Positions 19,544-28,320 of a stretch of 62,135 bases of DNA are shown here, piece after piece. The notes beneath the pieces are model-generated. The model did not search any database and was not told the DNA's origin. It was given only the letters and a program-made list of their open reading frames with translations. Positions within the stretch are counted from its first letter, which is position 1. The number at the start of each line of letters is the position of its first letter. Position numbers and translations under genes: made by a program. The stretch spans positions 1-62,135 of the IMG/VR virus record IMGVR_UViG_3300034092_001518; one strand, given 5' to 3'. Origin of the DNA: a virus (lineage: Duplodnaviria; Caudoviricetes).

Positions 19544-19760
19544 ACCTGCTGTTGTCGATTACTACCTCGTAGGAGTGAACCTTGTCGTACATAACCTTGT
19601 CTCCTTTTGACATTCCAGTTACGTTAATTCCTGGCTCGACTATTACACCGTAGTGATAACGCATGTCTTGGTATTCATCACCACTGAGTATTAGTCCGCT
19701 CTTGGATGTTTTTTGTTCTACAACCTTCTCGATTAGTATAAATTTATTTAGGACTCTCAT
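19503..19760 (-). CDS. groS: Co-chaperonin GroES
   Basis: KTSKSGLILS mobile loop, GVIVEPG, GDKVMY and VVQEKDIVCVL; overlaps the groEL stop. Confidence 0.85.
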   Translation of the reverse strand: MRVLNKFILIEKVVEQKTSKSGLILSGDEYQDMRYHYGVIVEPGINVTGMSKGDKVMYDKVHSYEVVIDNSRFTVVQEKDIVCVL

Positions 19761-21309
19761 CTGCTCTAATGTTTGTTATAATTGCATTTGTACTCATTAT
19801 TGTGGTGGCAACAGACACGGCGTTTAAAAGAGCGTTCTTCGTTACCTTGGTCGGGTCAATAATACCCATCTTCATCATGTCTCCAAACTTCTCAGCCTTT
19901 ACATCGTATCCATGACCTTTTTCAAATATGCCCATCTCTATCTCGTGCGGATTCTTTCCAGCGTTAACTAGTATCTGACGAAATGGTGCAACTAGTGCCT
20001 CTGACATTATCTGTGAAGCTACATCATCGTCTGAAAAAGCATATTCAGATGCACATTCTAGAAGCGCTATCCCTCCTCCTGGAAGTATGCCCTCCTCAAG
20101 TGCGGCCATAACAGCGTAAACCGCATCATCAATCCTATCCCTTTTCTCCTTCTGCTCAATGTCGCTCTGTGCGCCAACATATATTACACCAATGCCTCCA
20201 GATATATTAGCAATACGCTCCCTAATAAACTCCCTATCAACATGATCGTCTGTCTGATCCATCATTGACTTAAGCTCTTCTAAATGATTATCTATGTCCT
20301 GCTTAAAATCAGCGTGATGCATAAATACCGTCATGTCTTTTTTTACAATGACCTTTGAAGCTTTTCCAAGGTCGCTTAGTGTTGCAATAGACAAATCATC
20401 ACCAGTATCATCGCTGAAGTACGTGCCTCCAAGAGCAACAGCTAAATCTTTTAAAAGGTCTTTCTGTCTGTAACCAAACGATGGAGGAATAATATTGCAA
20501 GCCTTAATCTTTCCTTGGTAAACGTTAACGTTCAACGTCTGAAGAGCGTTAGGTCCCAAAGTACCAATGATTAATAATGACTTGCCTTGTGAAACAATAG
20601 GAGCCAATATTTTCTCTAGGTTAGATATATTATTTATCTCGTGGTCACAAATCAAAACGTATGGGTTCTCAAGAACACACTCCTGCTTCTTTTGATCATT
20701 AACAAAATATTGAGAAGTGTATCCCCTCTCAATTCTCATGCCGTTAATAATCTCTACACGAGTCTCAGAGTTCATACTGTTCTCTACGGTTACAAGAGAT
20801 ACCTCTGAAAATGCGTCACCAATCATCTTACCAAGATCATTGTCGTTGTTTGCCGATATAGCCGCAACATCGTACAGCCTTTTTCCGTTAACCTTTTTAG
20901 ACATCTTGTCAAGCTTGGAAATAACTCTCTTTGTGATGTCATTTATTCCCCTTATAACCTCAGTAACGTTGTCATTTTCTTTTAAATACTTGTCAGAAGC
21001 GTCAATAATAGCCTCTGCCAACACAATAGACGTTGTTGTTCCGTCACCTGCAATGGTAGCAGTCTTGTCCGCAGCCTGCCTCATCATCATTACAGCTAGA
21101 TTTTCAGTTGGGTCGTACAGATTGATTGACTTTGCTACAGTTACACCGTCCTTTGTAACTGTTATTCCTCCAACATGGTGCTCGGACTCAATTAAAACTG
21201 TCCTTCCTCTCGCTCCAAGTGTACTTTTTACGGCTCCAGCTATCTTTTTGATGCCAGATTTCAATTTTTTTTGGCCTTCATCACCAAAATGAATCTCTTT
21301 TACTATCAT
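19744..21309 (-). CDS. groL: Chaperonin GroEL
   Basis: VTKDGVTVAKSI, AGDGTTTS, EEGILPGGG and GIIDPTKVTKNAL.NA motifs; lacks the GGM tail. Confidence 0.95.
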   Translation of the reverse strand: MIVKEIHFGDEGQKKLKSGIKKIAGAVKSTLGARGRTVLIESEHHVGGITVTKDGVTVAKSINLYDPTENLAVMMMRQAADKTATIAGDGTTTSIVLAEAIIDASDKYLKENDNVTEVIRGINDITKRVISKLDKMSKKVNGKRLYDVAAISANNDNDLGKMIGDAFSEVSLVTVENSMNSETRVEIINGMRIERGYTSQYFVNDQKKQECVLENPYVLICDHEINNISNLEKILAPIVSQGKSLLIIGTLGPNALQTLNVNVYQGKIKACNIIPPSFGYRQKDLLKDLAVALGGTYFSDDTGDDLSIATLSDLGKASKVIVKKDMTVFMHHADFKQDIDNHLEELKSMMDQTDDHVDREFIRERIANISGGIGVIYVGAQSDIEQKEKRDRIDDAVYAVMAALEEGILPGGGIALLECASEYAFSDDDVASQIMSEALVAPFRQILVNAGKNPHEIEMGIFEKGHGYDVKAEKFGDMMKMGIIDPTKVTKNALLNAVSVATTIMSTNAIITNIRADESPK

Positions 21310-21367
21310 TTTAATTAATTTTCACCAAAAATAAGCATTTTTCACCAAAAAAAAATCGTTTTTAAAT

Positions 21368-21399
21368 AAAAAAAGGGCCGAAGCCCTTTATTTTTTTTA
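21368..21399. terminator. Intrinsic terminator, likely bidirectional
   Basis: AAAGGGC-CGAA-GCCCTTT hairpin flanked by A- and T-runs. Confidence 0.75.
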
Positions 21400-22821
21400 T
21401 TCAGTTATTTTTTCTGATCGTTTTGTGGCCCTCTGTATTGGCTTTGCACCAACCCTTTCTCTCATCTTGTTGTTTAGAGTAGCAAGCTGCCCGAAAATAG
21501 TGTTTCTGTTTGCTGCATTTTCTCGTTGGTTTCTAAATGTCTCCTGTTTAGAAATATCTTCATAAGAACCCGAGTATCCTTTAAGGTTAGACGCAGTATA
21601 ATATTTATTTTTAGATTGTTTTTGATCGCTAGTAGACAAAACGTTATATCCACTAGGCATTTTTTTATCTCCATCAAGAGCCTGTGTCCAGTAATTGAAT
21701 CCTTCCTCGTTCATTTTTGGTCTTGCTCCCTTTTTGCTTTGTCCAACAATATTACCTTGTTCGTCCTTAAGATTTCCTGTATAATATTTTTCCTGTACTT
21801 GCGTTTTAGGAGTAACCATTTCAGGAGAAGATGTAACTCCAGTTACGTTTTCTCTTCCTGCATATCTTTTTGCTTGTCTGGCTTGTTTAACTCCGTACTT
21901 AGCTTCAGACCACTCTCCTGCTTCCATTGACGCTCTTTTATCTTGGCGAGCCTTTTGAAGAATACCCTTCATCTCCTCCTTGGTTTTGCCTCTAAAAGAC
22001 TCTCCACCGTACTCTCCAGACATATACACCTCGGCTAGTTTTTTCTCTCTGTAGTATCTACCTTCGTCCTTAACCTTAGCTCCATGTATTGGTTGAACTT
22101 CTACCTTTCTTAAGGCTGGAACAGTTTTTCCTTTTTTTGTGATTTTAGTGCCTAATACAGTCTTTGTCGTTTTATAAGATTTTGATGGAGCCTCATAGCT
22201 ATAGTCAGTAACCCCAACATTTTTAGTCTCAACCTCCTCGATAGGCTTCTTAGGCTTAGGAGGAGTAGGAGTAGGAGGTGTTGGGTCTTCTGTCTTGTCT
22301 TCTTTTTTTTGTTCTCTAAGAGAGCTAACACCGAAGCTTTCTCCTGAACCAAATTTTACGCCTATATCAACTTGACGATCAAGCCCCTCTTGAGATGGCT
22401 TATATGATTTCCACCCTGGAACACCCTGAATAGCTTTATTGTATTGTTTGCTACCTTTTCTAAAATCTAATTGAAGCGCAATGTTTTTTTTAGTAGAACC
22501 AATATTTCCTACCTGTTGTATAATTGGCTCTTCATATGTTTTATCATCCAATCTATCTGTAGCTCCTTCTAGGTAATCCCTTACCTCTTTTGGAAGACTT
22601 GAATATCTGCCACCTGTTGGTTTTTCTTTAGTTCCTCCTTCTCCAAAAAATTCAGTATCAAGTTTTTTTTCTTGATACATTTTTCTAATATCTGGCCAAC
22701 TAGAAACAGTGCCCCCGTCACCAGGAAGCTTTTTACCATATACATCTGGGTCTGCTACTCTAGCCCTAGTAATTGGGTCCTCAGTTTTTGGTTTAAACCT
22801 ACCATACTTCATCATTGCCAT
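21397..22821 (-). CDS. Hypothetical basic, low-complexity protein
   Basis: 474 aa, K/G-rich with a PTPPTPTPPKPKKP linker. Confidence 0.65.
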   Translation of the reverse strand: MAMMKYGRFKPKTEDPITRARVADPDVYGKKLPGDGGTVSSWPDIRKMYQEKKLDTEFFGEGGTKEKPTGGRYSSLPKEVRDYLEGATDRLDDKTYEEPIIQQVGNIGSTKKNIALQLDFRKGSKQYNKAIQGVPGWKSYKPSQEGLDRQVDIGVKFGSGESFGVSSLREQKKEDKTEDPTPPTPTPPKPKKPIEEVETKNVGVTDYSYEAPSKSYKTTKTVLGTKITKKGKTVPALRKVEVQPIHGAKVKDEGRYYREKKLAEVYMSGEYGGESFRGKTKEEMKGILQKARQDKRASMEAGEWSEAKYGVKQARQAKRYAGRENVTGVTSSPEMVTPKTQVQEKYYTGNLKDEQGNIVGQSKKGARPKMNEEGFNYWTQALDGDKKMPSGYNVLSTSDQKQSKNKYYTASNLKGYSGSYEDISKQETFRNQRENAANRNTIFGQLATLNNKMRERVGAKPIQRATKRSEKITE

Positions 22822-22949
22822 TTTAAAACAAATTTTATAATTAATAAATTAATCTGAACCTCGTAAAAGTCAAACTCACTATCCTTCGAGTAGTACTCAA
22901 AACCGACATTCAGACCGATCGATAACATGTTGTGAATCTCTATCAACAT
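22812..22949 (-). CDS. Small hypothetical protein
   Basis: MLIEIHNMLSIGLNVGFEYY...; ATG lies 4 nt after the TATCTTTG box at 22954-22961. Confidence 0.5.
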   Translation of the reverse strand: MLIEIHNMLSIGLNVGFEYYSKDSEFDFYEVQINLLIIKFVLKWQ

Positions 22950-23264
22950 GACACAAAGATATATATTTTTTTTGATTTTTAGATGTGTTGAGTTTTTGGG
23001 TAATGGGGTGGATTGACGCTGGCCAGGCTGTCGGGAAAACGGTTTGAAATTCAATGGGGGGGTCTTGATTTCGGATATTTGTCTTGGATTTTTTGGCTTT
23101 TTGGTAGGCTAATGCAACTCAGTTGCGATAGGCTGTTCGTTGCGCCCAGTATGTATATACATAGTTGTTTATGTACGTTGACTTATGTATATATATAGTA
23201 GCAAACCTACATGTAGTATAACTTGTATTATGTTAAATAGAATTAACATTCGTTAACATTTGCT

Positions 23265-23301
23265 GTCGGTCGGTCGGCATGTCGGTAGGTCGGTCGGTCG
23301 G
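23265..23301. repeat. Tandem GTCG repeats
   Basis: GTCGGTCGGTCGGCATGTCGGTAGGTCGGTCGGTCGG in the divergent non-coding region. Confidence 0.85.
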
Positions 23302-23471
23302 ACGTATTATATATATTCTTAACGCAACATCGTTGCACCTAGATGTATGGCGTTAGACCAGTCGCCATTGCAAAATAAGTTACATTTTTCACGCAAATAA
23401 TGTGTAATACTCTAAAACCCTTATCCACATTACGTTTCATGCGTTTTTAATGCGTCTCAAACCCGTCCGAA

Positions 23472-23513
23472 CTACGTAGATGCGTCTACGTGTTTCTACG
23501 TAAAAACTACGTA
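23472..23513. repeat. Four spaced CTACGT repeats
   Basis: ctacgtaga...ctacgtg...ctacgtaa...ctacgtaa, spaced 11-14 nt apart. Confidence 0.8.
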
Positions 23514-23560
23514 ATTTGATGTTTTTCTCGTAACAAAACAAAGCATACTTGCGTTAACAT

Positions 23561-23992
23561 TGGTGTACGGCAAACGAGCCGACAGCGATTGACAAGCGAC
23601 ACACATGGGGGACTCAATTACGACTCTTAGTTCTAGCAGTCACTGCGACAGAGACTAGATGAAAGTAATAAGAGCTTAGGAGAGGCCTACTGAGAAAGAA
23701 CATGACTGCGATAAGCGAGCTACATAGACTGAAATGCTTAGTTTATCAGTCAATCAAATAATTGACATCTTGGTAAGACAATAAACATTAACGGGGTAGG
23801 TCAGACCTAGTGTAGTACGGGGTAAGTATAAAGACTCCTCAAAGCTACGGCAATCATTACACTACTCAGGTGGGTGATGTCAAAACCATGCATAGCATAG
23901 GGATAAAGAAGAGAGATGGCAGTTTCACGTGGCCATCAAAAACTTGGTGCTGTTAGAATAACTAATTAATAGGAGTAATACCTACAGCACCG
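23561..23992 (+). ncRNA. Candidate large structured RNA or structured early leader
   Basis: No ORF in the track; about ten complementary segment pairs, including long-range ones (see findings). The strand is assumed from the downstream genes. Confidence 0.4.
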
Positions 23993-24014
23993 CTAACCAA
24001 TAAAACAAGTAATC

Positions 24015-24125
24015 ATGTCAAGCAAAATCATCAAAATCGAGGGAATCTTCGAGGTATGGGGATTCTTTAAGAATGGGGTGCTAGTTCGAACAACAAGAGT
24101 AAGAATCCCATTTTCACATCGTTAA
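24015..24125 (+). CDS. First early small protein (36 aa)
   Basis: Translated by hand: MSSKIIKIEGIFEVWGFFKNGVLVRTTRVRIPFSHR. Confidence 0.45.
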   Translation: MSSKIIKIEGIFEVWGFFKNGVLVRTTRVRIPFSHR

Positions 24126-24147
24126 TTAACCTTTAAAACAAATAACC

Positions 24148-24327
24148 ATGAAAGCAGTAATTTTTTCAATCGGTCTAGCCATGACCATAATCGGAGTAGT
24201 TGTACCTGTGACATCTAGCGTAACGGGATATATGATGGATACACACGAGCATGCGTTAACCATATTCGGCATCTTAGTAGTAGGTCTATCCTTAGGTGCT
24301 GTATTAATTAAAAAGTCTAACATTTAA
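24148..24327 (+). CDS. Small two-transmembrane protein (59 aa)
   Basis: Translated by hand: MKAVIFSIGLAMTIIGVVVP...ALTIFGILVVGLSLGAVLIKKSNI; preceded by AAATAACC. Confidence 0.55.
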   Translation: MKAVIFSIGLAMTIIGVVVPVTSSVTGYMMDTHEHALTIFGILVVGLSLGAVLIKKSNI

Positions 24328-24339
24328 AAAATAGAAACC

Positions 24340-24510
24340 ATGAATACTTACTATATAGCTGATGAATATCAAGGTCAGCGCACAGGAACGTATCAAGAAA
24401 TCAAGCTATCCAAGAAGGAAATCACGCTGGATAGATTCGGCAACAAGACGTACAACGGGAAATACCTGTACGAGAGTTTATACAGCGTACTCAGAGCAAT
24501 TCAATCGTAA
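24340..24510 (+). CDS. Early small protein (56 aa)
   Basis: Translated by hand: MNTYYIADEYQGQRTG...; preceded by the TAGAAACCATG start motif. Confidence 0.55.
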   Translation: MNTYYIADEYQGQRTGTYQEIKLSKKEITLDRFGNKTYNGKYLYESLYSVLRAIQS

Positions 24511-24527
24511 ATTAAAACCTAGAAACC

Positions 24528-24737
24528 ATGAGATACCATTTGTTCATCGATACTGGAGGAGACAACAACATTGTAACCATTAAAATAGCATCATCAGACG
24601 ACTTTAAAGTAATGATATCAATGTCCAATGCGATATTGAGCAACAACGAAATGATTCAAGAAACTATCATCAAGGACGTATACACATCCAACATGGTAAT
24701 ATACGGAAAGGACAGAATTTACTCAAAACAATATTAA
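24528..24737 (+). CDS. Early hypothetical protein
   Basis: 69 aa; TAGAAACCATG start motif. Confidence 0.6.
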   Translation: MRYHLFIDTGGDNNIVTIKIASSDDFKVMISMSNAILSNNEMIQETIIKDVYTSNMVIYGKDRIYSKQY

Positions 24738-24749
24738 AAACTAGAAATC

Positions 24750-24953
24750 ATGAATACACAAGAATTTATCGAAAACGAAATCAAATATGTTGTGCAGGAT
24801 ATCGAAAATATTTCAAAGATAGTTAGTGTGCAAAGCAATGAATTTAATGGTGACCATCAAAGCGAGATGACATTGCTATGGAACATGAGTGTTCTAAAGG
24901 AAAAGATAGACGAGTTAAAAGAATTAATTAATTACAAATCAAATAACAAATAG
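24750..24953 (+). CDS. Early hypothetical protein
   Basis: 67 aa; CTAGAAATCATG start motif. Confidence 0.6.
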   Translation: MNTQEFIENEIKYVVQDIENISKIVSVQSNEFNGDHQSEMTLLWNMSVLKEKIDELKELINYKSNNK

Positions 24954-24958
24954 AAATC

Positions 24959-25129
24959 ATGGAAGAATTAAAAGGAATCCTTAAGAGACAGCTAGAGATA
25001 GCTAAAGTTAAAAGGGAATTAGCTGAGAAACAAGGAAACGTAGATAGATACAACTACTACGACCACAAGGCATATTTACTTGCAAAGGTAATTGATGAGA
25101 TATCTTACAAAAACACAACTAAAAACTAG
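24959..25129 (+). CDS. Early small protein (56 aa)
   Basis: Translated by hand: MEELKGILKRQLEIAK...; TAGAAATCATG start motif. Confidence 0.55.
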   Translation: MEELKGILKRQLEIAKVKRELAEKQGNVDRYNYYDHKAYLLAKVIDEISYKNTTKN

Positions 25130-25134
25130 AAATC

Positions 25135-25389
25135 ATGAACTACAAAAAATTAATGTCATACGAGCCAACAAGCTACGGCAAAATGATGAACGACAAAGGT
25201 CAAGAAATTGAATTCTACGAGCATCCAATCTATGGTGATGAGGTGCAAGTAATATGCGTATGTCACGAGCTAGAACTAGCTGAATACAGCACGTTCTTCG
25301 AGACTGATGACATGGAAGCGGAGCATGGTGAATATCAACCATGGTTCGATGAGAACGGAAAGCTATACATGGGACAATTTGAAGCATAA
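25135..25389 (+). CDS. Early acidic hypothetical protein
   Basis: 84 aa; start motif present. Confidence 0.65.
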   Translation: MNYKKLMSYEPTSYGKMMNDKGQEIEFYEHPIYGDEVQVICVCHELELAEYSTFFETDDMEAEHGEYQPWFDENGKLYMGQFEA

Positions 25390-25408
25390 CAACTAAAAAC
25401 TAGAAATC

Positions 25409-25582
25409 ATGAAAGTGAAAGCAAAAAATAAAATTGAGGCATTAGAGCAATACGGAATAGAGCGTATATATTTCAAAGGGAGTAAACCATATGGATGCAT
25501 ATGGAGCATATACATATATCACGTATATGCAATACGTGTATCATATGGATTATATGAAATAGTTATGACTAGAGTAAATTAA
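25409..25582 (+). CDS. Early small protein (57 aa)
   Basis: Translated by hand: MKVKAKNKIEALEQYGIE...; start motif present. Confidence 0.5.
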   Translation: MKVKAKNKIEALEQYGIERIYFKGSKPYGCIWSIYIYHVYAIRVSYGLYEIVMTRVN

Positions 25583-25605
25583 TTAACCAATAAAAAATAG
25601 AAATC

Positions 25606-25842
25606 ATGAAAACAGGAAAAATTTTAGACAACGTAGGATTCCGTAAGATGGACGGAACAATAAGAATACTAACCATCAGAGAGCAATTAATCCGCAACAA
25701 GCAGTTCGTTGGAATCAACGACATCAAGCATCCGATGTTGGGAGTAATCTCTGTTGATCGATCGAGAATTGACGAGCTACTGAAGTACGAGGAAGGTCAC
25801 CTAATCAGATTCAAAAAATCAATGTTCGATGGTAACCTATGA
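25606..25842 (+). CDS. Early hypothetical protein
   Basis: 78 aa; start motif present. Confidence 0.6.
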   Translation: MKTGKILDNVGFRKMDGTIRILTIREQLIRNKQFVGINDIKHPMLGVISVDRSRIDELLKYEEGHLIRFKKSMFDGNL

Positions 25843-25978
25843 CATAATCATCGCCACCATTCGTGGTGGAATGAAAACAATTCGCAAGACATTCAACAAC
25901 GAAAACCATTATGACAATTGGTACAAGTTCATGAATCGTCAAGGTATAAAAATAGTAGATACTTTTAAAATTGATTAA
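25829..25978 (+). CDS. Small hypothetical protein (49 aa)
   Basis: Translated by hand: MVTYDIIIATIRGGMKTIRKTFNNENHYDNWY... Confidence 0.45.
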   Translation: MVTYDIIIATIRGGMKTIRKTFNNENHYDNWYKFMNRQGIKIVDTFKID

Positions 25979-25979
25979 G

Positions 25980-26429
25980 ATGAATACAGGAGGATATGTT
26001 TATCTGAGAATAAACGAGAACTACACAGCCACAATACGTGACCTAAAATCATTTGCTAACTATCTACGTGATGTAGGAGACACAGACGATGTGTTCGGAG
26101 AAGTCACAGCAATATCCAATGTAAGCAAACTTTTTTTACATAGAATGAACGACATTATAAACGAGCACAAGAAAAGACTGAACAAGAGATTCATTGGGAA
26201 AGAGACTCAAGTCAAAAGGAATCAAGGAATCAGAGATGCCGTAGTAGTTGGAGCGAATGGTGAGCACCTGTTAATTGAGTACGAGATGCCTAACGGAACG
26301 ACAGCGCTCAATATCATAGACGAGATGTCCAGCGCTGATGAATACAAATCCATCACGTATAAGAACGCAATGTCAAAATTTGAGATAGATTTTAGTTTAT
26401 TAATTAATAACCCACAAAAACACAAGTAA
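25980..26429 (+). CDS. Hypothetical protein
   Basis: ORF 25971..26429; probable ATG at 25980. Confidence 0.6.
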   Translation: MNTGGYVYLRINENYTATIRDLKSFANYLRDVGDTDDVFGEVTAISNVSKLFLHRMNDIINEHKKRLNKRFIGKETQVKRNQGIRDAVVVGANGEHLLIEYEMPNGTTALNIIDEMSSADEYKSITYKNAMSKFEIDFSLLINNPQKHK

Positions 26430-26803
26430 TGAAACGTAACTTTAAAATCAGATTCCACCTTGGGCAAGGTGAGAACTACATGAAGTGGAGAGTGGAGGAC
26501 GTGACCACTAATAACGTTTGGTTCTTCGAGCCATCTAACTTCCAAGCACTAATCGTGAACGGCAAACTTCAAAATTATCCTTCTACCGCCAAAAAAATCA
26601 ACGATGGTGCTAACAAAACTGTTTGTGCATGGATTATGGCTGAGGACGTTATGCTGTATCCTACCGATAACCTTTGGATGAAGGGACAGGTAGCGTACAA
26701 TCCACGTTTGATGCCACATTGGATAGACAACAACGGAAACAACGTTGACAAGCAAGAATTCGCAGAGATGCACATTGTAGAACGTAAAATATTTACACCA
26801 TGA
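26429..26803 (+). CDS. Hypothetical protein
   Basis: 124 aa; translationally coupled to the previous gene. Confidence 0.65.
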   Translation: MKRNFKIRFHLGQGENYMKWRVEDVTTNNVWFFEPSNFQALIVNGKLQNYPSTAKKINDGANKTVCAWIMAEDVMLYPTDNLWMKGQVAYNPRLMPHWIDNNGNNVDKQEFAEMHIVERKIFTP

Positions 26804-26985
26804 AAACAAATCAAGCAACATTAAGAAAAATAAAAACAATCCTTGAAGAATTACGCCAAGAAATTCGGCAAGGTACAATAAGCTATGGAGAGATAGTTGA
26901 ACTACATAGTTTAAAAAAATACATTGAAGAGGGTGATGTTGAACTGCTTGAATGGGCAGGAGTAAATGAATTTGAAAACGATTAA
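26800..26985 (+). CDS. Hypothetical protein
   Basis: 61 aa; ATGA-coupled. Confidence 0.55.
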   Translation: MKTNQATLRKIKTILEELRQEIRQGTISYGEIVELHSLKKYIEEGDVELLEWAGVNEFEND

Positions 26986-26997
26986 AAACTAATAACC

Positions 26998-27222
26998 ATG
27001 AAAACATTATTTGCAGTACACCATGTGTTCGATTGCCTAGACTACAACGAACACTACTACTTCACATCGTTTGCTGAAGCATTCGATAGGCTAACCGACA
27101 TAAAGAATTCCATACAGGAACACCTTTTCATTGAGGAGGTATACACCGATCATCAAATGGATTTTTATGTTCATCTTGACGATGGACTACAGCGAGTATA
27201 CATAGAAGAAATTAACCTTTAA
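26998..27222 (+). CDS. Hypothetical protein
   Basis: 74 aa; AAAACTAATAACCATG start motif. Confidence 0.6.
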   Translation: MKTLFAVHHVFDCLDYNEHYYFTSFAEAFDRLTDIKNSIQEHLFIEEVYTDHQMDFYVHLDDGLQRVYIEEINL

Positions 27223-27235
27223 ATCATAATTAACA

Positions 27236-27451
27236 ATGGACATGATTGATAAACTAATGGCATACGAGGAGGGTATGCTAGATGGAGCAGGTATGGTGTA
27301 CCTGTTCGCTGAACTAATCAAGATAAAGCAAGCGTGGAGTCTACAAGGTCACTACGGACGAATGGCACAACGATTCATAGATGCAGGGATAATTATGCCC
27401 AATGGTGACATAGATGAGATGCGAGCAATAGAGTACGGAATAGAAATGTAA
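27236..27451 (+). CDS. Conserved small phage protein (AWSLQGHYGR motif)
   Basis: 71 aa. Confidence 0.65.
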   Translation: MDMIDKLMAYEEGMLDGAGMVYLFAELIKIKQAWSLQGHYGRMAQRFIDAGIIMPNGDIDEMRAIEYGIEM

Positions 27452-27480
27452 AAATGTTTAACTAATAAAAACTAATAACC

Positions 27481-27717
27481 ATGGAAAATTTATCAGATTC
27501 AAGACTAATGGCAATAGCTAACGCAAAGTTAGTTTTAAAGCAAGCAGGATACTACGTAGACAATCTATGGAGCATCCATGACGTAAAGGATGACAGCCTA
27601 ACTGACGAACAAAAGATGAAAGCGTTAGACATGGCACTAACAAATGAATACACTACAGAGCAAATATTTTATGCTATAAGTGTAAGCGTAGAAATAATAA
27701 CCGAAAAAATCAAGTAA
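27481..27717 (+). CDS. Hypothetical protein
   Basis: 78 aa; AAAACTAATAACCATG start motif. Confidence 0.6.
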   Translation: MENLSDSRLMAIANAKLVLKQAGYYVDNLWSIHDVKDDSLTDEQKMKALDMALTNEYTTEQIFYAISVSVEIITEKIK

Positions 27718-27719
27718 CC

Positions 27720-27929
27720 ATGAGCAAGCTCAGAGAACAGCTAGGACTGATGCATGACATCAGAGTCAAGGCAAACATAAACATCGTGACGTGTGGTCAC
27801 TGCGATGCGATACTACTACACCACATGGATGAAGAAACAATCATTTGTTACTCATGCATGAGAGACATGGACATCAGTGATTGTCCCGACTACTTTTACG
27901 AAGGAATGCCAGAATTAAACAATGAATAA
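27720..27929 (+). CDS. Small zinc-ribbon protein
   Basis: CGHC...CYSC cysteine pairs. Confidence 0.6.
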   Translation: MSKLREQLGLMHDIRVKANINIVTCGHCDAILLHHMDEETIICYSCMRDMDISDCPDYFYEGMPELNNE

Positions 27930-27931
27930 CC

Positions 27932-28099
27932 ATGGAAGAATTAATCAAAATTATTCTCAAATACGAGAAAGAACTAAGAGATGAAAAGGACGAGCTAACT
28001 GAAGCATTCGGTCACACAGACCCATCAGCAGAATGGTCAACCAATCGTTGGCTCGTTATGGAAGAACTATTAACCAAATTAAATTTAAAACCGCTATGA
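27932..28099 (+). CDS. Small hypothetical protein (55 aa)
   Basis: Translated by hand: MEELIKIILKYEKELRDEK... Confidence 0.5.
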   Translation: MEELIKIILKYEKELRDEKDELTEAFGHTDPSAEWSTNRWLVMEELLTKLNLKPL

Positions 28100-28320
28100 A
28101 AGATCAAATTTTATCAAAGGGCAACAGAATGTTTTCTGTAACCTTTATCAAGAAAGATGGTTCTATTAGAAGAATGGTCGCTCGACTAGGAGTTCGCAAG
28201 GGAGTAAAGGGTGTAGGCATGTCGTTCAATCCATCTGACAGGGGACTAATGGTCGTATTCGACATGCACAAGCGAGAGTTCCGAATGATTAACTTGGAGA
28301 CTATTGTAGAACTTAAATGA
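28096..28320 (+). CDS. SH3/WYL-like beta-barrel protein (DUF2693-like)
   Basis: FSVTFIKKDGSIRRM...VVFDMHKREFRMINL; probable ATG at 28096. Confidence 0.55.
   Translation: MKDQILSKGNRMFSVTFIKKDGSIRRMVARLGVRKGVKGVGMSFNPSDRGLMVVFDMHKREFRMINLETIVELK

Noticed and set aside
20717-21292. 191-aa plus-strand ORF
   Set aside because: It is an antisense shadow of groEL.
23013-23198. 61-aa plus-strand ORF
   Set aside because: It has a TTG start, lacks the usual start context, and runs into low-complexity sequence at the strand switch.
23265-23513. CRISPR array
   Set aside because: The repeats are 4-6 nt with no 25-45 nt repeat-spacer periodicity, and there are no cas genes.
24329-25608. Mini-CRISPR or integron array formed by the early-gene motif
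   Set aside because: The repeats are short, degenerate and non-palindromic, and are separated by ORFs of variable length.
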